Assembly: GCF_037042905.1 (NCBI RefSeq)
Contig: NC_087251.1
Location: forward strand, 8,372,001-8,436,000
Origin: Lytechinus pictus
Taxonomy: Eukaryota
Direction: 5' to 3'
Length of the DNA stretch: 64,000 bases
Each line of letters begins with the position of its first letter. Position 1 is the stretch's first letter. The notes beneath the pieces are model-generated. The model was not told the DNA's origin. It worked only from the letters and a program-made list of their open reading frames with translations, and searched no databases. The translations under genes were made by a program, and so were the position numbers. Of the stretch, positions 1 through 64,000 are shown piece after piece.

Positions 1-240
1 AAAATAAAAAAAATGATTGCTGAGCTTTGTTGAACAAAATATTTTCCAGAGGGCTAACTTCTTGTACTCTCAAATATATGTTCCAAACCTTTTTTTTTGG
101 CACATAAAAAATTATATAGATAAGTCTTTGATGAGAACAATCATTGGGTTCTTAAAATGACTTGACTCGTTTAAGTATAATTCATTCTACCGCTAGTGCC
201 AAATGTTTAGTTTATCAGTAATGTGCAGGGAAATAGACTA

Positions 241-977
241 CAGTCCAACCTCTCTTATCCGGCCTCCCCTTATCCGGACGCACACTTGCCGAGATTATTT
301 TTCAATTCAATCTAGTACGTGAGGAAATGAGATTTCAATCTCAAATCAATCCTATACGCAAACTCACTTTGATTACATATATTTTCCAATATAGTCTACA
401 TACAACATTATTTTTCATGAAAATATCTCACCCAAATCATCGAAAGAACTTAGGCAGGATAATTTTCCAGTAAATCAGGGCGCAGCGCAAACATTTCATC
501 ACATTCTCTTTTTGTTTCCTGGGAAAAACAACACATGCCTTGCTAGCTAACACTTGGCCTCAATACGGACAGCGCCATCTATCATGTTTGAGCCAACAGT
601 CATAACAAAGGCTGACATTGCGAAGCTGCGATACCCGCCGCGATGATCTAATTGTAAAACTTTGTTTCATCAAGTCATTCTCTTTCTTTCGAGATATGCT
701 CGATGTATACCTCAACCATTTAAGCAGGTAAATGATCCAACAGTTTTGGCCATCGATCGATTTCATTTCCGTAGAAATACCGCCTATAATTTGCACTGAT
801 ACTGCAGTGAATACTGTTTGTACGCACACCCACTACAATAGATAACGTGTAGCTACCGCAGTTGGGGAGCTGAGGCAGCAGCTGCGTGTATTTAATATTG
901 GGTCTCCCAAATCTGGATAAATCCCTTATCCGGATTGGTGCTGGTCCCAACGTGTCCAGATAAGAGAGGTCGGACTG
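241..977. mobile_element. Tc1/mariner-pogo (Tigger-like) MITE, copy 1
   Basis: TIR CAGTCC(A/G)ACCTCTCTTATC at both ends, TA on the left flank; alignable inverted copy at 35311-35995. Confidence 0.85.
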
Positions 978-1427
978 TCGTTTTAATAATTTTATATAGC
1001 GAATGGTGTACTACATTAACCCATCTGATCAAGTATTCTTACAAAGAATTTTGTTTTTCTATGCAAAAATGAATTCATGCAGTCACAATGTCTAGCTATC
1101 AATAGAAAGCTACCAACAGAGCTTTTTAAGACCATAAAATGCTTACCAAAGGAACATATATTTCTGATGAATGGCCTTTGCTTACTTGATTGGTGAATCT
1201 TGTTTCTATGGTATTCAATTAACCTACATATTACTGACAAAATCCTTTTATTTCTGCTTTGGAAAACTTATTATTTTTTTACAAATGATTTAGATAATTC
1301 AGTCAAATAATTGAATTGAGTGAATTAGTAAAATAAATATATTTGACAAATATTTATAAATAACAATTAATATGTATATAAATTGTATCCCTTTCCATGC
1401 CATACAAAGAAGATTACTCTCTGATGC

Positions 1428-1433
1428 TTTATT
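1428..1433 (-). terminator. candidate polyadenylation signal (AATAAA) of the B56 gene; implied 3'UTR about 1.2 kb
   Basis: AATAAA on minus strand followed about 20 nt later by TCTTTGTATGG; a second AATAAA lies near 1247. Confidence 0.4.
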
Positions 1434-2650
1434 AACCCTATAATGTATCTACTGTAATAGAAATTACAAAAAAATAATAATTTAATAAACTATATCATTC
1501 CTTCAACACTACGAATCCTGGTCACATACATAACCAATGACATGATGTTAAAAAAAGAATATGTATGATAAGTCTGGAAATAATTCAATCTATCTGTACA
1601 GATAATTAAACACAATACAAACTCTTAAAAATTTTGGGTCAATTACTGCTAAATTACGTCAATGATAACAAAAAAAAAACATAAAACAATTTTTTTTTTA
1701 ATGGCACCGAACCCAATTGACCTAATACTCATCAAAATGTAAATGAAATGGGTCTTGAGTGTAGGTTTAGGGATTCAATTTGTTTTGAGGCACAGACAAA
1801 TTTGCATTTTCAACAGAGTAATCTGTCCTAACTACTGAGCTGTTTATAGGGGTACAATAAGAAACCCCCTAAAATATTACCCATCAACTGCAAAAGAAAA
1901 GAAACTACCACAGGAGGTTTGGATGAAGGAATATAAAAGATGTCTCCCATAGGAGTAAATATGTAACAGGTAAAACAGGAAACTTTTCAATGTTTAAGTA
2001 CATTATCAATTAAAAATACATGTTAGTTTTCAAAGACCATATCATTTTTAATCCTTAAAATATGAGTCCAGACGAGCTCTTGCTACTCGCAATAGTAGAT
2101 GTAAGCTACGACAACACATAAAAGAGACATAAAACATTAGGTTAGTCGATTAATAGAAGCAGCAAGGTGACAGGGATATCCATGCTTATTATCTGTGGAA
2201 ACGGATGTATAGGAGAGATAGAGAGCAACTCCTTTTGAATGTAGACTCTGATAGTCTAACATCTTTATATACTCCACTAAATGCACCCGACGTCAGTTGG
2301 TGTGACATGCAGTCAACTTCCATCACTTCCAATAATCCTTTGGTTCATAAGAGCCTACCTGTCTCATTTTGAGTTCATTGACACTCAACTGGATAAGAAA
2401 TAAATATAAAGATAATGAACAACATTCATGCACTTCCACTGAAACAGCAGCAAACTATGAGTTTTTGGCCCAAACTGTGGTTTTGCCCGATGCAGCAACA
2501 GGGAATCAAAGTTCCTTCCATCAGTCATGTCTTCCATTCTCAGCGAGGGGAACATGGAGAAGAGAAGATCGATTCCTTGATGGCATTTCAGCGGCAAGTT
2601 CTCACAACAAATCTCCACTGCCATGTCTACATTCTACAACTCAACAATGT

Positions 2651-56322
<53,672 letters not shown>

Positions 56323-57369
56323 CTGTAACAAGAGATCAGAGAAAAATATAAAATACAGAATAAGATGTAACCATAATAACACATACATTACATTTACATA
56401 CATGCGTATTGATGTACACTGTCAACAAATTGATACGAGAGTTACTATTAAAAGGGGAAATGGCAAATGCACTTAAATGATTTGAGAGATTCCTTCAACT
56501 GCCATTGTTATAGTACTTCCCGACTCTGTAGCACTTTTCCGAAAATCTATATGTAACATCCTAGAACATATCATTAAATGCATATCACCAACAGATTTAA
56601 ACAATCATGATCTGTCACATTAACTGTATTTCTACTCCAGACGTTCACACTTTGCATACTTGTAGAACGAAGAATGCAACTGATCACAAGACGAGCTTGA
56701 CCATATCATACAATACCATGCCTGCCAAAGTATAACTGATGTTATAGATGGCAGTTTGCAGTATGCTATGTGCCTGGGAAAGGGCAACACCTCAAGCATG
56801 TCCTCTTAATAATACAGTTTCTAAATCAGGGCACACTGATGAAAGTCAATTTCACTGAGGGAATTAGCAGGTGGTAGTCTGATCACTTGGAAGATATTTG
56901 CAGAGATGACTTAATCTGGCTATTCTCTCCAAGTGCCACCTCGCCAGTAATGAACTTTTTAACACACATGTATTGGCTCATCTAAACATCACAGCATTAT
57001 TGTAGTTAACTGTAGTTAACATGCCTTTTGGGATAAGTTCCTGAAGTTACGAGCATGCGCAGTATAGTCTGATAAGCAAGCAAGGCGCAAGATTCAAAAT
57101 CACTAGCTCAGCAGCCACCCACGACGCCCGCACCCAACTACACGCTGAGCTAAAAGTTCCTGTAAATTGCTTTCACATTGCCAAAATACCTGCGAAAAGT
57201 TATCCTAATTTTGACAAGTACCTACTATTTAGTGGGTATTTTCTTTCGGGGAGATTACGCGTAATTTGCTTTCACATTGCCAATATTACCTGGTATTTTC
57301 TGATCGGGGTAAATTTCCCGATCAGAAAATACCTGGAACTGACGAACTTCGAGGGGGTCTGAAACCACC

Positions 57370-57735
57370 TACTATGACCTTGAACTTGGACCTTTTGACC
57401 TCAAAATCAATAGACTTCCTGGAATCCATGCTAGTATCATACACACCAAACTATATGAGCCTAGGTTAAGCTAAACTGAAGTAATCACGTTTACAAGGAC
57501 TGCAGAAGGGTAAGATGGAAACATGTCACTGTGACCTTTGAACTCAAAATCTATAGGCTTCATGGAATCCATGCTAGTATAATACGTACCAAATTATATG
57601 AGCTTCGGTTCAGTTAAACTGAAGTTATCGCATTTACAAGGAAAAGTTAACGGACGGACACCAAACGTGATACCATGATACATGTCCGTCCCGTGCGATG
57701 GGCGGATCACTCTGCTTCGCAGGTGAGACAAAAAA
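57370..57735 (-). mobile_element. third HINE-like family, partial
   Basis: two tandem units with TGACCT motifs, GGAC microsatellite, GCAGGTGAGAC-AAAAAA end. Confidence 0.55.
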
Positions 57736-58219
57736 GTAAAATACTTGTGTTAAAGCGGCCTGCCATTGACAAATCATGGGGAAATTGAATCAATACGAAA
57801 TTTGCAAAAGGCCTATTGACTTGCATAATATAATCCGTCCATCATGCATGACAGCACGTCGGACTAATGCGATAAAGGTTCGGACAGCACAAATTTGACC
57901 TAACTCGTGATCGTTATTTACTTCTGATTGTCGCAGTTCTAGTTTCCAACATTCCCAATTCCTAGACTCTTAGCAGGTCTCTTGATTGCTAAACCAAAAT
58001 AAATATCCTCTGTGAAAATACATGTTCCAAAGTGAAAACAGTGTACTTCTCGCTCCATGGTTAGTCTACTAACTATTGCTCTCCTACATTAGACATCCCG
58101 GACATGCCAGCGTCTATTACATAACACCCCCAGGCATGCAGTCGAAAGACTCTAATCCCTTCTCTGTTCTTAGATTGGCCTTGATTTCCCCATGATTTGT
58201 CAATGGAAGGTCGCTTTAA

Positions 58220-59889
58220 AGGAGAATGAAACCCCGGAGGGGGGGGGCACTTGACCAAAAAAGTAGTGGGTATGTGCCGCGGGCGAGACAAAAAACGGGG
58301 GCCTTGGAGCAGGCTTATTGTAAAAAGGAGGGTCCTCAGAGCGGGCTTCGGAACGACAATTGTTTGTGAAAACGGGGTCCTTGGAACGGGTCGCCTGCGT
58401 GTGATTGCGTATTCATCCCTATGGAACGGGCATATGTGCATGCAGCTAGCCCGGCGGCACAGGCCCCAGGTGCGCTAACGCAGATGCGATGGTCAGACAG
58501 CGCTCTGCGGCGGCCGCTTTTCACCAAAATTGCGGCTCATTAAAATTGTAGCAGATCAATACGGCTGCTGGAACGTCGTAACGGAAATATGCGAAGCTTT
58601 GGAGCGGATTTCTTTTTTCTCTATAAGACAAAAATGCTATGCCTTGGAACGGAAATTTGAGTGTAAAAATGGGGGTCCCCTCCGCGGCACATACCCACCA
58701 TGCATTATATACTGAGTGCCCCCCCCCCCCCGGGAATGAAACCCAAGATTTAATATTAAATATCATTGATAAGTACATGAAAATCAAAATGAATCCACTT
58801 ATACCCCAATCTGATTTTCTAGTATTGAGTACTACCTCTTTAAAGTTGGGCTCCTTCAGGTTCGAAGTCTCTGAATGGAGATCGACACTGTTGCGGGGTT
58901 CGTTCAAAATTGGGACGTCAGCGACGAACAACTGCTCTCGGTAGTACCGGTACTTCCATATGCATAATGCATAGCTAGTTATCCGGGCTGAAACCGCCCC
59001 CAAGTTCGCATAATAAAGATACTTTTTTTTACCAGAAATAAATAAAATATACATATAAAATACTTGAAAATATTAAAAAGTTATTTAAATAATTTTATGG
59101 TTTAAAAACACAAATTGATGAGTTTTGATAAAAAAATTTACACATTTATTTACGATATCCAAATTGGCAAATTTGACAAAGCTAACTTTGTGTACGTACT
59201 GTAAGGACAGTCATATACCCTGAACCGAGTGATCGTGTTATATGTTGGAAGTTTGATTATTTATCCTGATTGAATATCGGGAAATTGTTGATTGTGCTAT
59301 ATTTCTATATATCTAACGTTGTTTATTATTGGTTACCGTCGATTTTAAATAAAACAAAACTTATCGCGGACGTTTTTATTGAAATGGAAAGCCCGAGAGC
59401 CTACGACTTCGAGCCACAATACTCGGCCGAAGAAATCGCTCAACGAGCACAGCTAGAGCATGTAGAGGCATGTCGGTGCATGGTCAGCAGCAGCAGCTAT
59501 CCATTTTTTTTTAGAGAGAGATTTCTGGCTTCTTCTGCGGATCGTGAATTCGGTAAAAGCTAGCTGCATTTTGTCTCCTTTTCAGCCATACGCCTGGCAG
59601 TATACCATCCTGATCAGCATTGGCCCATGTGTTTTACGCTAGCAATCACAGGCGCGAGCCGGGTCGGACACCGAGTTGTTCGTCGCTGACGTCACAACCC
59701 CCACGGAGATATGGGGAGTATGAGCAAAATGGCGACCTCCACGGGTCTTTCGAATATCAAAATATTGATAACTTTGACTTGGCATATCATGGGAAATAGG
59801 AAACCGTTCTGCCTCATTTTAATTTTATTTTAATTAGTGAAATGTAATCGGCTTATGTCCAGATAATAAATCTATCCTTTCATTTTCCT
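58220..59889. mobile_element. Kolobok-like non-autonomous element
   Basis: TTAA flanks, AGGA(G/A)AATGAAA TIR, internal inverted GACGTCAGCGACGAACAAC pair. Confidence 0.72.
58233..58734. mobile_element. CCCGG(G)n-ended MITE inserted next to the Kolobok-like left TIR
   Basis: TIR CCCGG(G)nCACT; (G)AATGAAAC(C) duplicated, 8-10 bp depending on end placement. Confidence 0.8.
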
Positions 59890-60603
59890 TTAAGATAGAC
59901 TGAGAGTTAGGTGCACAATGCTTTTAAGAAATATTACCAATAATTTTTTTTTCTACTACAGTTCTATATTGGTACTTCATGTTACAGCTACCTGTATGTA
60001 TTTTGAAATACTGCAGCTTTCCTATAGATAGAACTAGTGGCAGCTATTGGAGATACATACTTGTACAACCAGGGTTATGCTTGTTTGAGAACTGATCATG
60101 CACTTGTTACAGGTGAACAATGACAGCACTCGATTTATGCTGGTATTTGACTTGGTAGTATGGTACAGACATGTATCTAGCATGACATGGTCATAAAACT
60201 AATGCATTCATACATGAAGAAGTATTCACTGTGCATGTTAGGCCATGAAACAGTGCAAAAGAACTAAATATCGTGCCACCAAAACATATTATAAGATTGG
60301 CATGCGTAAATAAAAAATCCAATAACAGACACAAATACAAGTACATGTGTAACTATGGCTGGTTTGAACTTTGTGAATATATTAGAGTGAATTCATTTCC
60401 TGGTTCGAGCAAATAAACTAAGGTTAATTTGGAATATCTACAGTAGACATGTACATGTACATACACAAAAGGCTACATGTAGGCTGACCAATACCAGCAT
60501 TTCACTGGTCATACTGCCCAGTATGTACATAGGTATGGCGCGCCATTTGTCCCATAAAAGCGATAAACTCAGTTTATCACCGATTAACTCGGTTTTTCTA
60601 TCA

Positions 60604-60810
60604 AACAAGTCGAACGCCTCTGGCAGTCTTGCCTGCATTACGCAATGCGATGTGCAGCAGTGCTGACTTTGAAAACAGCTCTTGAACAATTATTCACAAA
60701 AGAAAACACTCATATGATTATAAAATACTATGTCCATTGACCTTTGACCATGATCACGTGACCTAAGATGTGTGCAAAACAATCATTCATACTTGATTAC
60801 CCTTGTGTCC
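60604..60810 (-). mobile_element. truncated HINE
   Basis: AACAAGTCGAACGCCTCTGGCAGTCTTGCCTGCA end plus one partial unit. Confidence 0.75.
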
Positions 60811-61036
60811 AGGATAGTAATTAAAAAAAACAAGACGTTTTTTATTGTTTAAAAACTTTTTTTTTCAACGAATTATGCAATTTCTGTCAATCAATTAAAC
60901 CATACAGTATGATTTAAGCTCTTAATGATTTAAATACATTTTTGGAGTAAGAGATGACTACAATTTTTTTACTGAATTTCCAATAGAAAAGTTAATATTA
61001 CCCCCAAATTACTAAATCATGGAAATTGAATGCTTA

Positions 61037-62348
61037 AACAAGTGGAATGCCTCTGGCAGTCTCACCTGCATCACGCAATTCAATATAGCAGCAGTGCTGA
61101 CTTTGAAAACTACTATAAAATAATTATTTACAAAAAACACCATTCATATAATGATACAATACTACATTTTGACATTTGACCTTGATCATGTGACCTAAAA
61201 TTTGTCAGTGATACTCGATTACCCCTATATCCACATTTTATACACTATATCTATAAACTTTGAGAGTTATGACAGCAATGTAATAATACCCCCACATGGC
61301 CAAAGTCCATTGACCTTTGACCTTGGTCATGTGACCTGAAACTCGGACGGGATGTTCAGAGATACTTGATTACTCTCATGTCCAAGTTTCATGAATCAGA
61401 TCCATAAACTTTCAAAGTTATGATGGTATTTCAACAGATACCCCCCCCCCCACAAAGCCAAGGTTAATTGACCTTTGACCTTGGTCATGTGACCTGAAAT
61501 TAGCACAGGATGTTCAGTGATACTTGATTATTCTTACGTCCAACTTTTATGAACTAGACCAATAAACACTATCAAAGTTATGATGGTGATTCAACAAACA
61601 CCCCTAACTTGGCCAAAGTTCATTGACCTTACATGACCTTTGACCTTGATCATGTGACCTGAAACTCCCACAGGATGTTCAGTGATACTTGATTACTCTT
61701 ATGTGATGTCCAAGTTTCATGAATCAGATCCATAAACTTTCAAAGTCATGATGGTAATTCAACAGATACCCCCGTTATGGTTAAGTTCATTGACCTTTGA
61801 CCTTCATCATGTGACCTGAAATTCGCACAGGATGTTCAGTGATACTTGATTACTCTCATGTCTAATTTTTAAGAACTAGACCAGTAAACTTTCAAAGTTA
61901 TGATGGTAATTCAACAAATACCCCCAACTTGGCCAAAGTTCACTGACCTTAAATGACCTTTGACCTTAATCATGTGACCTGAAACTCGCACAGGATGTTC
62001 AGTGATACTTGATTACTCTTATGTGATGTCCAAAATTTAAAAATCAGATCCATAAACTTTCATACATGTAGTTATGATGGTAATTCAGCAGATACCCCCA
62101 ATTTGGCCAAAGTTCATTGACCCTAAGTGACCTTTGACCTTGGTCATGTGACTTGAAACTCAAGCAGGATCTTCAGTAATACTTGATTAACCTAATGTCC
62201 AAGTTTCATTAACTAGGTCCATATCTTTTCTACGTTATGATGATATTTCTAAAACTTAACCTTGGTTAAGATTTCAATGTTGATGACGACACCGCCATTG
62301 GAAAAGAGGTGCCTATAGTCTCGCTCTGCTATGCAAGCGAGACAAAAA
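61037..62348 (-). mobile_element. HINE copy with about 7 internal units
   Basis: complete termini; longest array in the window. Confidence 0.88.
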
Positions 62349-64000
62349 TAAAATTAATTATTCAAAGAGAAAAATTAACAATGAAGGCACTTTCGTCAGT
62401 AAGTGTCATGCGGTTTCAAAACTTAGAAATTTATCTCCTTTTAGCTCCTTTTTGTCAAAATAAAATTCTTCTCCAGAGCGCCCCTTTTCATCTCTGATTA
62501 AGTACCCCAATTAAATGCCATTATTTACTTCTGATTAGGCACTACTTCTGATACGTGTCCCTTTTATTTTCTTGTTCGTTCAAAACTTTCAGTCTGTTAA
62601 ATGAAAGGTAATTGCAATTTGAGCCCTTATGTTTCTGTAGGAGCAGCGTAATTCCCATAGGATTTACATTTACAATGTACTTTGAAATCTAATGATAAGT
62701 GTAGTGTAGTGCCCCTTGAGGGGTGAAAATTTCTCAACTTTTCAGTTATAAAATTGACAAATTTTAGACAAAAGTCTCATTGTTTTGTTTTTCATAACTC
62801 ATTATTTTCTAATTTTAAAGGGCACATACCAAAATTGTGCACGAAATCCTTTAATTTCATATTGGAAAATGCTGAAGTGCCCCATGACAAGCTCTGTCAC
62901 TTTGCTCACTCACTTTCAAGTTTCTTCTTACATCTGTATGCATCTTACCCCAAGGAAAAATCCTGAGTACGAAAAACTTACTTAATCGAATTTGACAAAC
63001 TAGGTTATTCGCTTGTTTATCAAATAACTCTGTTTTTCAAGTAAAAAACTCAGTTTATCATTCAATAAACTATGTTTTTCATATTTTCAATTGAAAAAAC
63101 TAAGTTTATCACTTGAAAAACCTAGTTTTATATGTACATGTACACCAATAAACTGAGTTTTTGGGCGAAAAACTGAGTTTATCACCAATAAACTTAGTTT
63201 TTCAAGCGATAACTAGGTTTTTCATGAAAAAATGTTTTTCGATGATAAACTGAGTTGCTCTCGATAAAATTCAGCGATAAAACTCGAGTTTATCAGCTGA
63301 AAAACTAAGTTTATCGCCTTTATGGGACAAATGGCGGGACATACGCAGGTGTAGTGGAGCAGTGCAAAATTTACAGGCCCATTTTCATTTTGTGGGTGAC
63401 CTCGAAATCGCTCTAAAGTAAACAAGAGTTTACCTGAAACCCTAAGAAAGTGTCGTAGTTACATGTAACCCACTCCCTGGTTAAACTGTCTGAACATTTG
63501 CAAATGACCATGAATCTGAGTGATATTTTTATTAAATTAGAAAAGAATAGTTCAATTTACTGCCCATTTTAATTTTTTTATTGTTTGTTGAGTAAAAAGA
63601 AGGAAGAAATGTCATAGAACTTGAGTCCAGAATTTCAGTTAATTTTCATACTTCCTATCCTTGTACAGGATGAAATTAGATATCAGAAAACAACAATCAA
63701 ATCATGGGCGGTTATCAGTCAAAAACAAATTCTACGATTCAGTCCTAGTCTTTTTTCACAAGCATTCAATAACCACTTTTATAGCCTACATGTACATGTA
63801 TGTACTGTACTTGTAGGCATACATGTAAATGTATAATGTAAATGTGTGTTCATAAGTAGATAAAAAACAAATAACCTAAATTAGTCAAGACTTTGCCTAC
63901 ATGTACAAATGTTTTTTTTTTTTTATTCACTTGCAGAGTACAGTATACTGTACTGGCCTAGATGTATTTGTGCATTATGAAGTTTCAGAATAAACGAACA

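Larger units (their letters stand above)
60533..63344. mobile_element. TIR element with AAACT(C/G)AGTTTATC subterminal arrays, interrupted by HINEs
   Basis: ~40-bp TIR CGCCATTTGTCCCATAAA(A/G)GCGATAAACT; exact ends and TSD ambiguous. Confidence 0.7.

Noticed and set aside
56323..64000. N-terminal exon and promoter of B56
   Set aside because: No exon with a recognisable B56 N-terminus found; the GC-rich patches lie inside transposons. A short divergent exon could have been missed

Overview
AT-rich animal genomic DNA; the repeat families suggest an echinoderm, probably a sea urchin (inference). The window holds most of one large minus-strand gene for a PP2A B56 (B') regulatory subunit of the alpha/beta/epsilon (widerborst-like) clade. 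I traced 12 phase-compatible GT-AG coding exons by hand (56322 down to the stop at 2651, 1241 nt); the N-terminal exon(s) were not found and probably lie beyond 64000. The introns are packed with non-autonomous transposons: Helentron-type HINE/Tsp/pearl-like elements, Tc1/mariner-pogo, hAT/P-like, Kolobok-like, Harbinger-like and Sola2-like elements, plus tRNA-SINEs, often nested 3-4 deep. I see no new protein-coding system. The most interesting signals are (1) a strong excess of TACATGTA-type palindromes that look like chained transposon excision footprints, with TA-duplicating insertions visible inside repeat copies; (2) HINE repeat units carrying dense nuclear-receptor half-site cassettes (DR4/DR1); (3) CA..TG-ended elements with 5-, 6-, 7- and 8-bp target duplications; (4) a fossil Sola2-like transposase. 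Transposon superfamily calls rest on termini and TSDs read by eye, not on database searches.
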